DNA of 63,025 nucleotides, the filler included, from Licmophora abbreviata (lineage: Eukaryota): assembly GCA_900291995.1 (NCBI GenBank). It is 10 parts of 10 records of this genome, joined end to end, with 100 filler letters (N's around TTAATTAATTAA, not from the genome) between each part and the next. Parts side by side here need not be neighbours in the genome. Positions count along the whole stretch, not along the records: positions 31,246 to 38,742 come from OLMU01002929.1; positions 38,843 to 42,517 come from OLMU01002931.1; positions 42,618 to 44,674 come from OLMU01002932.1; positions 44,775 to 53,727 come from OLMU01002933.1; 6 more parts are not named here. One strand, given 5' to 3'. Numbering within the stretch: the first letter of the stretch is position 1; every line of letters starts with the position of its first letter. Positions 36,908 through 49,551 of the stretch are shown here, piece after piece. A model generated the notes under the pieces. That model was not told the origin of the DNA and ran no database searches. It was given only the letters and a program-made list of their open reading frames with translations. The position numbers and the translations under genes are program-made.

Positions 36908-38522
36908 TCAATCCTTTGCGATTGCAACCCCAGCAAACGACCGGAAGATCTTGTTGAGACCGTTCAGCTTTACCCCCTTTCGCTTGTCGACATCGGGAAC
37001 AAGGAGATCTCCTGCCTTTCCTACTGCCTTGAAGCTTTCAGGGAAGACTTCACTCTGGGAGAGCAGCGAGCATTCCGTGGGACTTGCGCAGTACACATCT
37101 TCGACAATTTCGCTAAACTTGACCCAGCGTCCCTCCGCGGCCGACTTGTCAGCGGCAACCGACATGATTAGGGCGACAAGGCCATCTTCTCCCGTGCAAG
37201 GGACGGGAGTGTCCTTCACGAGAGATTCGCAAAAGGCCACCGTCTCGGTCACGTAGGCCTCATTGTAACGGGAAAGGAAAAAGTCGTACGGCATGTCAGC
37301 GTTTCCAGTAAAGTGACTCTTGTAAATTTTGGCCGTATTGGGGTAGACATTGTCCGTTTGAATCATTCCCTTGGTTCCAAGAACTTCGGCACGCTGATCG
37401 TATCCGTAAGACGATTGACGGCAGACATCCACCATGGCCTGGACGCCATTGGGGTATTTCACAATGCACTGGGCCGTGTCAAAGGCTTCCGACCCAGGCA
37501 ACTTTTCAATGGACTTGTCAAGGTGACAAGCTCCAATGGCAAGGATTTCAATGGGATCCTCTCCGGCCAAGTAGCGGGTCATGTCGAGATCGTGGACTGC
37601 CATGTCGGCAAAGATCCCACCGCCGCCCTTCACGTACTCAAAAGGAGGAGGCGAGGGGTCGCGGGAGCAAAGTTTGATCTTCGAGTAGGTAACGCGATGA
37701 TTGAAAAGTAGAGAAGAAACGAAAGCACGGTGAGTTCGTCTGTTCCGATATTTTATCGATGGTGATTCGTACTACCATCAGACGTTCAAGCACATACCAT
37801 GATTGTATCTCCGACTTCCTTTTCGAGAATACTGTCCTTGACTCGCATAAAGTTTTCATCGAATCGTCGCTGAAGTCCAATCATAAGTTTGACCCCAGCC
37901 TCATTGCAGGCATTGATAGCCTCTACGGTCTCGGCCAGATCCGTCGCAATCGGCTTTTCACAAAAGACATGTTTGCCGTTGGCAGCACATGCCTTGATCT
38001 GTTCAGCATGGAAGGAGGAAGGAGAACAGATCCACACGGCATCGACGTCCGGATCCGTAATGACATCCATTGCATCGTCACTGAACTTGGGAATGCTGTA
38101 CTGAGCGGCGGCTGAGAAAAAGGACGAGAGAAGGGGTATGGGCGTTAGTAAGGTTGTCTTTTTGAGAAATGAATCTACGATTTTTGCATTCCGTTTGCTT
38201 CCTTCTCGAAGCAGTGCAGTACTGTACTATATATGTCCAAATTCCAATTCGTACACACACCTTTCTCAGCCTTGCTGACAGTCGGGTTCGAGACAATGAC
38301 GGGTCTGACACCAGGAGCCTTGGAAATTGCTTCGAGATGAACCAGACCGATGCGGCCCATACCAATCACGCCAACCTTGACATCGTTGGTTTCCCGTTCC
38401 TTGACACTCATGTAGAGCTGCGAAGCTCGACGCGCCCCCTGACTGTTCAAGCCAGCAAAGCCTGATACAGACTGTACACTGCAAGCCAGCAAGAGCAGCA
38501 CTGCAGACATTCTCATCATCAT
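36908..38522 (-). CDS. myo-inositol 2-dehydrogenase (IolG-like, Gfo/Idh/MocA), probably plastid-targeted, 3 exons
   Basis: GVIGMGRIG, HVFCEKP, GLQRRFD, SRDP, GGIFADMAVHDLD, YGYDQRAEV. Signal peptide followed by VSG-F. Confidence 0.9.
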
Positions 38523-38742
38523 TGTCCAACTGTAACGTGTGTCTGGACAATATCTATAACCTGTGTACCCTGCCAAACGGTGTGGGTGCTTCTTTGTTTG
38601 TTCTCCCGCCTGCCGAGATGCCACCGACGTTGGATTTTTTTTCGCGTGTGCTCCTTGTTTGGAGTGACGTCTGCGTACTTGAAGTTCAACTTGGAGGATC
38701 GGGGAGGAGTTTGGAATTTGGGAATTTGGAAATGGGATTGTG

Positions 38743-38842
38743 NNNNNNNNNNNNNNNNNNNNNNNNNNNNNNNNNNNNNNNNNNNNTTAATTAATTAANN
38801 NNNNNNNNNNNNNNNNNNNNNNNNNNNNNNNNNNNNNNNNNN
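38743..38842. other. Artificial scaffold linker
   Basis: N44-TTAATTAATTAA-N44. Confidence 0.98.
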
Positions 38843-41226
38843 CCAAGCGAGTTCTGGATCACTTTCACGGCAATCCCGGTCGCAACTTTGGCGGCATGAT
38901 GGCTACGGATGACGAGAAGCCATCTCATCATCATGTAGGCTACGAGTTGGCCTATACATCAGGGACGACAGAAGCATTGCGGATTGTGGCCGAGCGATTC
39001 CCCTTTACTCTCTGCGCTGCATGTGGAAGGCGGTCGAAACTTCTGTACTCGCACAATTCGCATACGAGTGTCGTGGGTATGAGGGGACCTGCCATCGCCA
39101 AGGGTGGTACATTTACGTGTGCTACCCTGTCGGAACTCTGCGATACAGCTCGGTTGTTGTGGGAAGAGGTTTGCATAGGGACGCCTCTTGGTGAGTGCGG
39201 TGTTTGTCATGGGAAAACGAAGAACTTGTTGGTACTCCCGACAGAATGCAATTTTGGAGGCGATCGACCGGACGTCGCATCGATAATCAAGACGATCCGC
39301 AATAGCAATTCATCAAGTCGATGGTACATCATGTTGGACCTTGCGAAGGCAGCCAGCACAGGACCGATCGATCTCGTAGGCCTCGATCCCGACTTTGCTT
39401 GCGTGTCCTTTTACAAAATGTTTGGAGAACCCACTGGACTCGGAGGTCTTTTTGTTAAGCGATCGAGCGTGGATACTCTCATGGGAGTGCCATCAGCAGA
39501 TCCGAAAGAATCGACAAGACGCCACTACTTTGGTGGCGGCTCGGTGGATGCAATCCTTCCTCGGATCAATTTCTCGGTTCCCAGATCCGAACCATCTTTG
39601 CTTGCTTCGCTTGCGCACGGGACTGCGCATTTTCGAGGGATTGTGTCGCTCGTGCATGGGTTCGATGAACTCGAACGTCTTGGAGGCATGGATAAGGTAT
39701 GGAACATTGTCTCATGTCGTTGGCATTGTGTGTGACATGTATCGACCCACACGCAAACTCGTCGTCATTGTCGTTGATAGATCTTTCTGCACGCAAAGAG
39801 TCTGGCCCGAGAACTGACGCTCCGCCTTCGGTCTCTCAGACACGGCAATGGAAAACCGGTCGTACTAATCTATGGTGCTTGGTCAAAGGCATGTCTAGAG
39901 GGGAGGCTCGACGCATTACCAGGACCTACAATACCCTTCAACATTGTGCGAAGCGATGGATCGTTCGTCGGCTACAATGAAGTCTCAAAGCTTGCAGCAC
40001 TGAATCGGCCGCCTCTGCAGTTCCGAACAGGATGCTTTTGTAACCCCGGCGCCTGCCAGGACGCACTCGAGCTTGGCAACCAAGAGATTCAGACGAACTA
40101 TTTCACGTCTGGTCACGTGTGCGGCGACCAGATTGACATTCTCAACGACAAGCCGACAGGGGCAATACGTGCGAGTTTTGGAAAAGACAGTATCTGGGAG
40201 GACTTGGATGCACTGGTGCACATGATTGACCGAGTCTTTGTAGATAGCAATATCTGCGACGTTTCCAAGAGGAACAAGCAGACATCTTCACGTGATCGGT
40301 CAGTACGATCGGAAGCAGTCGTTCGCGAAATCTACATCTTCCCGATAAAGAGTTGTGCTGCACAGCGAGTGAAGAGATGGGCACTGGCCGTCGATAGTGG
40401 TCGGTTGCGTCTTGACCGCGAGTTTGCACTTGTGGACAGCACTGGTTCGGCAATGCGATTACAGGCGTATCCTCAGATGAGCCAGATTCGACCTACGATT
40501 GATACACAGCTCGGGACCATGACGGTGACAGCTCCTCGGATGAGTCCACTTCTCTTGCGACTCGAACCAGGATGCACAGACGAGGGACGAGATGCCCGTG
40601 GAAGTGCGATTGTAAAAGTGTGCGGGAACCGATGCGGCGGCCGACTATGGGGCGATCATGAGGCATCCGAATGGTTCAGCAGCTTCCTGGGTGTGCAGTG
40701 CTGGCTTGCTCGCCATTTCGGTGGAAGTTATCAAGTGGCTCCGACGGCCGTTGGAATGTTGCGTCCACCGGAAATCGCATTCGCCAATGAAGCTCCACTT
40801 CTTCTAATATCTGAACACTCTGTGGTGACCCTAAATCGCGTTCTTTCATCTCGAGACGAGCGATCTGTAGAGTCCCGTCACTTTCGACCGAACTTCGTGG
40901 TGAGGTCATGTGACGACGAACTGAATGGAGATGATATCCTGCATCAGACGAATCCGGAGGATAGGTGGAGTCGACTCACGTCCGCGAAGCACGCTCTTCA
41001 GCTCGAGGTGGCTGGTCCTTGCGCTCGCTGTGCAATGGTAGACGTCGATCCGGACTCGGGCAAAAAAGGAAAAACCTTGCGGGCGCTCGCAGATTACCGA
41101 CGAGATAAGGGCCAGATCATGTTTGGGGTTTTCCTGAGAGTAAGCAAGTCGGATACTGACATGTTCATTGAGAATGGTTGTCACGTGCCTGTACAGGAAG
41201 GCGATGTCTGGATGTGCTCCTCCTAG
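38843..41226 (+). CDS. MOCOS: Molybdenum cofactor sulfurase (MOCOS/ABA3: NifS-like + MOSC), 5' end in gap
   Basis: SHTSVVGMR, ECNFGG, SFYKMFGEPTGLG (PLP Lys), FRTGCFCNPG, IFPIKSCA, FRPN, CARC. Intron 39697-39780. Confidence 0.93.
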
Positions 41227-41612
41227 AGAGTCTTAGGAAGTACCACGAAAATCGAAAGGCGCGCATTCTTCTGCATCTAGAAGGTCGATCTCTTCCATGG
41301 AATTGTATGCTAAGAATAGGTAGGTCCGCAAGTTTTGGAGAGTGCTAGTTGTACAAGTAGATAGATGGTATACCTAGTCACTATGAATCGAGTCACACAG
41401 CTCCCCGTAACCATGGTAGGTGTTCGAGACTCGCGAACTCCAGGGGTGCTCGATGCCGACAAAATTGTGACCATTCCATTCCGCGGCCATGAGGCATCAC
41501 TTCATACTTCGTGCAAAGCATCAGCAACAACAAATTTGACTGCCTCTCTGCAGTGTTGCTGTATGTGGGAAGCACAAGAGGCCACGGCGACAAGACTGGG
41601 GGAGAAAGTGGG

Positions 41613-43751
41613 ATGTGCCTGGCTCGATCGATCATGTTCCGAACGCTTAGTTCCAAAAGGAGGCTCCCCTCGGCGGCTCTCATCAGTCAGCAGCAGATAC
41701 TGCTTCTGAAGCGGCTGGTTTACCAGCAGAGCCCACATCGACGCGCTTGCTCGACTCAAACTCCGATTAAAAGGCAAGAAGAGAGTCAAGAATCGTCGTC
41801 AACAGCATCTCGCGATTCCCTGTACCGACTGGCGGAATTCTCAAGAAAAGAATGGAAGCTTGTAGGTCTTTCGGCTGCGACGTTAGGTGTCACTTCTTCC
41901 ATCACCCTCCTGCTCCCGTACGCATCAGGGCAGGTCATTGACTACACCATTCATAGTCCTGATGGTGCCATGTCTCCCATGATGCTGGCGGGAGGTTTGT
42001 TTGGCCTCTCTGCCATCGCTGGTGGAGGCGTCTATCTAAGATCTCTCTGGTTAGCAAAGGCTGGCAATCGCATCGTGGCCAGGCTGACGCAACGACTGTA
42101 TGGGTCGCTACTTTTACAAGAGTCAGCGTTTCTGGATCAACAGACGACTGGGGACTTGTTGTCCAGGCTGTCGGCGGATACGCAGATGATTCAATCGGCC
42201 GTCACGACCCAAGCAGTAGCGGGCCTGCGGGGCCTGGTCATGTCCTTGGGGTCTGCTGGTATGCTGCTTTACACGTCCCCTACACTGGCGGTCGTATCCT
42301 GCTGCACGTTGCCCCCGATATTCATAATGACAAGACAGGTGGGGCGAACTCTGCAGAAGCACCAGGAGGAAGTGCAAAAGCTGCAAGGCGATGCCACATC
42401 GCTTGCAGAACAGTCAATTTCCAGTATTCAAACGGTGAAGCAGTTTGTTGCCGAGAATTATGAGACAGTCAGGTACCAGAACGCCATCTCAAAGGCGCAC
42501 AACAAAGCCATTGAAACNNNNNNNNNNNNNNNNNNNNNNNNNNNNNNNNNNNNNNNNNNNNTTAATTAATTAANNNNNNNNNNNNNNNNNNNNNNNNNNN
42601 NNNNNNNNNNNNNNNNNCATATGCAGGCTCAGCTAGAGGCTGCTGCTCACATTTGTAGTAACGGAGCCGTCTTGTGCGTTCTTGGTTATGGGGGGAGTCT
42701 CGTCTTGGCCGGTGAGATAAGTGCAGGCGATCTGGCTGGATTTGTAATGTACTCACTCCTCATGGCTGGCAATCTTTCGAGTCTATCGTCCTTGTACGGA
42801 GATGTCGTTCGAGCCGTGGCGGCGTCCAATAGGGTGTTTGAAGTTTTGGATCGTCGACCTGCACAGATACCGGCCAGTCGGTGGAAAGATAAACAACTGA
42901 CAATGGATCCAAACGACAATCCATTGGTACCGGTGCAGTTCAATCCCCAAAAGACAGAAACACACGTTCGAAATACTGCCCCCGTATCAATTGACATACG
43001 AAACTTGAACTTTCGGTATCCGTCGCGTCCGGACGTGGGCGTGCTCCGCGATTTCAACCTCACGGTCGCGCCGGGAGAGGTGGTAGCATTGGTGGGCGCT
43101 TCGGGGTGCGGTAAGAGCACTGTAGCAAGCCTTTTGACTCGCCTGTACGACGTGGACAATAAAGATTCGATCGTCATTGATGGTGCGCCTGTCTCGAGCT
43201 ACCACCCGGATGAACTCCGGGGTATGATCGGAGTAGTGTCTCAAGAGCCGACATTGTTTGCCGGGACAATCCGCGACAACATTGCGTATGGGGAATGGGA
43301 CAATCTCTCTGATGAGCAAGTGATGGAGGCGGCTAGATCTGCTCATGTGTTGGATTTCTGTAAAAACTTCCCTGATGGAATCGACACGATGGTTGGGTTC
43401 AGAGGTATGCAGCTCAGCGGCGGGCAACGGCAAAGAATAGCACTGGCTCGCGTCATGGCTAAGAATGCCCCACTGATCATATTGGATGAAGCAACTTCGG
43501 CCCTGGATGCCCACAGCGAGCACTTAGTGCAGCTAGCGATGAATTCTATCTTTCATGAGTCTGGCAGAACCGTAATCTCCATTGCACATCGACTTTCAAC
43601 AATTCGAAATGCCCACCGCATTGCAGTGATCGATCATGGAAGGGTCGTCCAGACTGGGACATTTCAAGAGCTGAGTTCAACCGATGGGCCGTTCCGGGCT
43701 CTCATGACGACACAACTAGTAGGGGATGCAATTCCACAGGAAAAGCAATAG
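41613..43751 (+). CDS. ABCB half-transporter (ABCB10/MDL1-like), probably mitochondrial; interrupted by linker
   Basis: TMD with TGDLLSRL; NBD with GASGCGKST, LSGGQRQRIALAR, ILDEATSALD, IAHRLST. R/S-rich presequence. Confidence 0.92.
42518..42617. other. Artificial scaffold linker within the ABCB gene
   Basis: N44-TTAATTAATTAA-N44. Confidence 0.98.
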
Positions 43752-43866
43752 CATCATTTAAAAATGACACACCATGACGATTACCCCCAGGTGCTATACG
43801 AGGACGCCTAGTCTAGTCTCTACTAGAATCTGACTTCGACTGTACTTTGTAGTATCAAAAAATGAG

Positions 43867-44811
43867 TCAGTCAAACGCTCCTGGAATGGGAGGCTGTGCC
43901 TTGAGCCCGCTCTTTTCGTCCAAACAGACCTCCTCTTCATTCAGGACAGTATAGGTTAGCCAAATGACGCGGAGAGTCTGAGACACAATGGCTTTCTGCA
44001 TGGGGTCGCTGACACTGTAGGAATGTTTCGATAGAAAGGCGTCGTCCACGTGAAACTCGGCACCCCGTGCATGTTGTTCTTGAAGTTCCGGCAACACACC
44101 TGAATACGCCCCCCGTACTTGCTCATCGATCGTATACAGCCCAACAGGAGAGCCACTATCTACCGGTGTCTCAATAGTGTGACCCAGATAGTCCAAGACC
44201 AAGTACACAATATGAATCCACGTACTGCGTAGCTCCATCTCTTCCGGCATGAGAGGACGACCAGCCGATGACTCGGGCATGACATCCATTTTTTCTACGA
44301 TGTCCTCATGGGGTCATGCCAATTTCGTATCCTGCTTTGATGGCTACAATAAGTAATTTGAGCACATCGACGTACCCTTGGGCGAGCTGCAGACATGCAT
44401 TGACAAAAGAGACTTCGACCATTTCTGCCACTCGATCCGGAGTAAGCTTTTGTTTCTTGGAGGAATCGTCCTGTTCAGATGTGTCAACAGGATTCTCTGT
44501 CAAATAAAGACTCCGCATTCTGCAAGCATTCGTTATCTTGAACGTCGTTCCGCAATAGCAACCCCCTGTTGCCATCGACACCACCGAAACATCAGGATGC
44601 AGAGCCTGCCGAGATGCCGACGCGAAGAGTTGAGGCGCCGGAACCACAGCAAAAGCTCCGGAGGCTCGTCGTATNNNNNNNNNNNNNNNNNNNNNNNNNN
44701 NNNNNNNNNNNNNNNNNNTTAATTAATTAANNNNNNNNNNNNNNNNNNNNNNNNNNNNNNNNNNNNNNNNNNNNAAACGACTATCGTGACCCATGATTGA
44801 TGCAGATACAT
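43867..44811 (-). CDS. Hypothetical plastid-targeted protein; probable 1-nt error at G4 run 44310-44313; leader crosses linker
   Basis: Removing one base joins ...YEIGMT to HEDIVEKMDVMP. GA-FAVVP motif follows the gap; MYLHQSWVTIVV precedes it. Confidence 0.65.
44675..44774. other. Artificial scaffold linker
   Basis: N44-TTAATTAATTAA-N44. Confidence 0.98.
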
Positions 44812-45170
44812 GATTCTCAAATAAGCAAGAGAGGGAAACAGCAGAGAAGTCCTGCCGGATGTTCCGTCATGGTGATGTGGCGATGAGTTTCGATTTGAAA
44901 CTACGGCGGCGCGCCAAATCTCAAAATTGGCCAAATACTCTGATTCTCGTCGCAATTGGCAAAATTGATTTTTTTGGAGTCCAGTTTTTCATTTCTCTAT
45001 TATTGTCAGCCATTCATTTGCATCGCGTCGCCGCGACCATGACGACGGACGACGAGCTTCATCAGCATCAACGACCGACCTGACAACCCCCCCCCCCCCG
45101 TCCACTTTTCAGCCTCACTTTTATCTTCCAAGGATCTGTGTAGCTCTTGCGAGCTATCAGAAAGTGGAAA

Positions 45171-45873
45171 ATGTCGACAGAAGCAATGGAAAGCCCTGCC
45201 ATGACTACCAAGGTCAGCAAGTTGGTACTCCCTGCACCCCCGCGGGCCGCAGAACTCCTGTTTGCCAATGCGACCGCGGACAGCAAACTATATTGGGATC
45301 GATCCCACTATTCCTCGCCGGAAGCTCAAATGGAAGCGCTTGCGAAAAGTAGCACCTTGTATATTGGAAATTTGGCCTTTTCGACGCGGTCATCTCACGT
45401 CCTCAGCTTGTTTCAGCAACTCGGTCGAGTGGAAAAGGTCATCATGGGACTGGATCGGATTCACAAGACGCCATGTGGATTCTGCTTCGTACAGTACGCC
45501 ATGAGAGAAGATGCCTTGTTGGCTATATCTAACTTGAGTGGAACGAAACTGGACGGACGAGTGATTCGCGTCGAATTAGGACGCTGGCTTTCAGACGGGA
45601 CGACAGTATGGGCGCGGTGTTAATGGAGGGCAAGTACGAGACGAACGACGAGGTACAGTGGATCCCGCGCGAGACGGAGGAGGAGCGGGTGCCACTGCCC
45701 GTGACTCGGGTGCAAGCGGTAATAGTACGCTCAAATGGACTCCGCCTCCGTCGGCGTCACCTAGTGCCGGCGTGGGACGAGTAGGACAGAACGAGCCTCA
45801 TGTGGGAGAGAAGAGGCAGCGAGAAGACGACGAGGAGGACATGAGAAAAAATTCTAGGTTTCGAGAAGATTGA
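45171..45873 (+). CDS. NCBP2: Nuclear cap-binding protein subunit 2 (CBP20); extra G at 45579-45580
   Basis: SSTLYIGNLAF, MGLDRIHKTPCGFCFVQY. Removing one G restores DAGFQTGRQYGRGVNGGQVRDE. Confidence 0.93.
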
Positions 45874-46554
45874 AATATCCACTTTTGCTGGGAAATTGCT
45901 GGAGAGACTCAAGAGGCGGCAGGGTACCCTATTACCGTTACCTGATTAACATGCATAATGGATGATTGCTCAAACATCAGCGGTTCTGAAAGCTCACTTC
46001 AATACTTTTCTGATTCACCCTACTCTGTTTCCGCTCATCCGTGCACCGGTCTTCTCGCTCTTTCGCGTGCTGCTCCGTACACGGGGCATTCTTGAAAAAA
46101 GGTTGGCACTAATAGATTCTTCAATCTTGCAGATGTTCTCATCGCCTGGCAGGACACTCAAATCGTCGCTGCAAATCTCGTGACGGTTGATTACGTCCCG
46201 CAGCTTCTTGAAGTTCTTCATCACATTGTGTCGTGGCGATGTCCCGCTAGCCGTATGATAGAGCTTGGGACTGGCGTCCCTGTATATTCGTACGATAACT
46301 CATCGTTTCCGGTTCGATGTACGTACTCGTATCCTCACACTCATCGAGTCCGACTCACTCGACTCGTGACTCAAATTGGTGGTGACATCATCAAATCGCC
46401 GTTTTACGTTTTACATCTCATCGCGGAACAAGACTCAATGGGATTGGCCGCATTGCTTGCCCTCTTCCTCTCACGCTCCCAATCTTATTGTTGTTGCGAC
46501 TGCACGAGAATAGGCCGCGCCATCATCAGCGAGCATTGATCATATAAAATAAGA

Positions 46555-47598
46555 ATGAGTTTCTTTTGGGACAGTGTCAAACAGACAGCGGAAAAGGCCG
46601 GGACGGCCGCCAAGATCGCTGGTCACAAGACCAAATTAAGAGCCGACATTGCGCTCATTGATCGGAAGATTACAGCTCGGAAACAACAGTTTGGCGTGGA
46701 CTTGTACGATTTCGTCGCACCGCTCTCCAAAAGCCCAGAATTCTTTGCAGCGAATGACAGAATGACCGACACAGTGCGGGGTCCATTCGTCAAGACGGAC
46801 CGCGAGATTGCAGCCCTGGCCAACAGACGGGTCAAGCTGAAAGAAGCGATTGCGCAAAATGAAGCCGCGCATGCTGCTGCGTTTCCGAAGCAGGCAGCCA
46901 ATTTTGGAGAACAGGTACTGAATGCCGGAAAATCGGCTGGGTATACCAGCAAAGGAGCCAAGCTCAAGACGGACTTGTTTTCGGTCGAAGCGCAAATGAA
47001 GGGACACAAACAGGAGTTTGGCTTGACCATGTTTGCGATTCTCGTAGAGTTAGAAGATAAGGAAGAATGGTTGCCTACCGTGAGGGAAATTCGTACAATG
47101 TACGACCAAACGCGACAAGACATCGAAAAGCTCGTTGAAACGAGTGCGGCGAAGGACAAGCAGTTGGCAAATTTGAGTCTAGGCGGCGGAACATCGTCCG
47201 AAACTCTCTCTATCAACGGCACTTCTGATACGCGCGGCGGAACACTTGAATCATGGACCGATACGGGTGCCACTGTGACGATGACTCCAGACCCCGCAGT
47301 CTCCAGCCAGGTTGCTCCGTCGGCGAGACCTGAAACCTCAATTCCAGTGTCTGACCCTTTTATTGCAATGGCAGCACCTAGGACAGTTCCTGTTGTTGAT
47401 CCGTTTGCGTCGGGTACTTCTATGTCGGGTACTGGAGTCGCTGATCTCCTCGGAGCGTCGAGCGCGCCATCACCAGCAGTACCCGTTGCGACAACTGGCG
47501 CTGCGTACGATCCCTTTGCGGTTTTTGACTCGGTACCTGCTCAGTCTGCTCCTCACCACCAAGGCACAGCAGGTACGAACCCTATGTTCCAGTACTGA
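46555..47598 (+). CDS. Hypothetical protein with internally duplicated helical domain and DPF-motif tail
   Basis: 347-aa ORF. KTKLRADIALIDRKITARKQQFG resembles GAKLKTDLFSVEAQMKGHKQEFG. Three DPF motifs. Confidence 0.8.
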   Translation: MSFFWDSVKQTAEKAGTAAKIAGHKTKLRADIALIDRKITARKQQFGVDLYDFVAPLSKSPEFFAANDRMTDTVRGPFVKTDREIAALANRRVKLKEAIAQNEAAHAAAFPKQAANFGEQVLNAGKSAGYTSKGAKLKTDLFSVEAQMKGHKQEFGLTMFAILVELEDKEEWLPTVREIRTMYDQTRQDIEKLVETSAAKDKQLANLSLGGGTSSETLSINGTSDTRGGTLESWTDTGATVTMTPDPAVSSQVAPSARPETSIPVSDPFIAMAAPRTVPVVDPFASGTSMSGTGVADLLGASSAPSPAVPVATTGAAYDPFAVFDSVPAQSAPHHQGTAGTNPMFQY

Positions 47599-48032
47599 TA
47601 GAACGACAGGCGTTCTGTTGACTTGGTATTTTTCGACTCGCATCATGATCGTGTCTTTCCCAATAACAATTTCAGTGTTCGATCGGCATTACTACTTTTG
47701 TTTGCATTCTCTTGTCGATATCGCATCGCACGTCTGAAGCGCAATGAGATCGACAGTTCCACTCTAGAGTCATGACAATTGCAGAGTGATAACAGAGGAG
47801 TCTGCAGCGATTTATGATAGCAAAGAGGCGAAACTGAAGTAGTCATAGTATTCTGTATTGTACTCGTAATAGGCATCGCGGGTTTTGGGTTTTGGCCTCT
47901 CAAGTTGCAGATCCGTCTGTCTGTCGCGAGGCGATGCTGCAAGGATAAGACGCGTCCCGCGCCGCGACGACGCCGCCGATCTCGCCGCGAATAGCTTGAA
48001 GCTGCTGTGCTGCAATCTACAATGCCAAAGCT

Positions 48033-49343
48033 ATGGTTCCAAGGCTTGCATCCCTCAATCTTCGACTTTCATTGTCCTTTATCCTTGCGTATGGGTTCCT
48101 CTCGATCCTGGCTTCGCACCGACAAATTGTAGTTGAGTTTCAGAGGGAGGGGGCTGTCTTGTCGTCATTGGTCGGCACCGGAGGGCTGTTGTTGCCTTCG
48201 TCGTCGTCCGTATCAGAGATCAGTGCTTGGCGAACAAGCGACGGCGTCGCTGACGCAAGCCAGAGATCGCAACAGACGACTGTTGTTCAGGTTGAAACTG
48301 ACACCACGACGAAGCTCCACCACCACACTTGCTCCGTCGGAAACAATGAGAGAATCACCATCCCGGCGGCGCCATCCTTTCTCGTTGTCGGTGCCCAGCG
48401 CAGTGGAACGTCAACTCTAGCGGAACTGCTTTGGGAACATCCCGATATAGTGGGACCCTCCGAACGTCACGCGGCTCGTCCGTTCGAGCCTCATTTCTTT
48501 GATTGGGACTTTCCAAACGAGCAACAGCAGCTAGCAACCATGACACAGCTTAATCTGACGGAGGACGAACTGTATTGTCGATATCTGCGAGACTATGCTC
48601 AGACGTTCGATCTGCAATTGCATTCGCAGAAGCCCAGCTTGCTTGCCTTTGAAAAGACTCCGTCGTATCTGTTTCATGGTCACCTCCCGTCTCTGATACT
48701 GCGCACGTGTCCATGGAAGCCCAAGATTGTTGTCATCCTTCGCAACCCCATCGATCGGGCCTTTTCACACCATAACGTACAGGTACAACAAAAGAACGGT
48801 CAGTCATTTGAAGATTTGATTGAAAGGGAAGTGGAAGTAATGCGAAGGTTTGGCTTGACAAACTCCCCGTCGCTGAAGGAGTTTTCCGCGAATAGTACTG
48901 CCGCCGACAACGAAGACTGGCGGTCGTCATTCACGATACCCCACATGACGATCGATCAACTGGCGGTTGCGCACAAGCGACTCTATCGTGAAGTACACCT
49001 TTTGAATTATTTGCAGCGGAGTATCTATTGGACTCAGTTGTGGTATTGGAAGGAAGTCTTTGACGGACCGTCCGATATGTTGGTATTGCAGTACGAGCGA
49101 CTGTATTCGGTTGACTCGTCACTAGCGCAAAGTGAATACAATCGATTGTTGCGCTTCTTGAAGGTTTCGCCCCAGCGTCTCCCCGTGGATCATAATCAAA
49201 AGCACCACACTCGGGCGCATTACGATTCGCAGCTGAAAGAGCCGACGCGGCACTATCTCGAACAGTTTTTTCGTGCTCACAATGCCAAGTTAGCCGACAT
49301 ACTTGACGATGAGCAATGGCGTGGAGTATGGGAGGACTTCTAA
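48033..49343 (+). CDS. Golgi-type sulfotransferase (heparan sulfate 3-O-ST-like fold)
   Basis: N-terminal TM, 5'PSB GAQRSGTSTL, EPHFFD, FEKTPSY, 3'PB ILRNPIDRAFSH. Confidence 0.9.
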   Translation: MVPRLASLNLRLSLSFILAYGFLSILASHRQIVVEFQREGAVLSSLVGTGGLLLPSSSSVSEISAWRTSDGVADASQRSQQTTVVQVETDTTTKLHHHTCSVGNNERITIPAAPSFLVVGAQRSGTSTLAELLWEHPDIVGPSERHAARPFEPHFFDWDFPNEQQQLATMTQLNLTEDELYCRYLRDYAQTFDLQLHSQKPSLLAFEKTPSYLFHGHLPSLILRTCPWKPKIVVILRNPIDRAFSHHNVQVQQKNGQSFEDLIEREVEVMRRFGLTNSPSLKEFSANSTAADNEDWRSSFTIPHMTIDQLAVAHKRLYREVHLLNYLQRSIYWTQLWYWKEVFDGPSDMLVLQYERLYSVDSSLAQSEYNRLLRFLKVSPQRLPVDHNQKHHTRAHYDSQLKEPTRHYLEQFFRAHNAKLADILDDEQWRGVWEDF

Positions 49344-49551
49344 ATTGATAGTAGCGGGGTCGCATGCTTTGGCGGCAAACGCCGTTCAAACAGACTTGCG
49401 AGCTCGTCCACGAACATAGCTCCTATCGGCGATCTGAGATCTTGTAGTCGCATCTTCAATCTCGCCGTTCTGAGTTGAAACATGACGAGAATAATCGGCG
49501 CTGCCTTTGCTTGACTCTGCGCCGTTGACCCGCGGCACAGGTCCTTAAAAG

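Noticed and set aside
20399..38522. VIP1 plus inositol dehydrogenase as an inositol gene cluster
   Set aside because: They are 12 kb apart with six unrelated genes between them and different predicted compartments.
45087..45099. C13 run upstream of CBP20 as a G-quadruplex or regulatory element
   Set aside because: A single homopolymer whose length is unreliable in this assembly.
46015..46344. Minus-strand frame with an internal TGA as a third selenoprotein
   Set aside because: No recognisable motif, no SECIS-like hairpin found downstream and no coding support.
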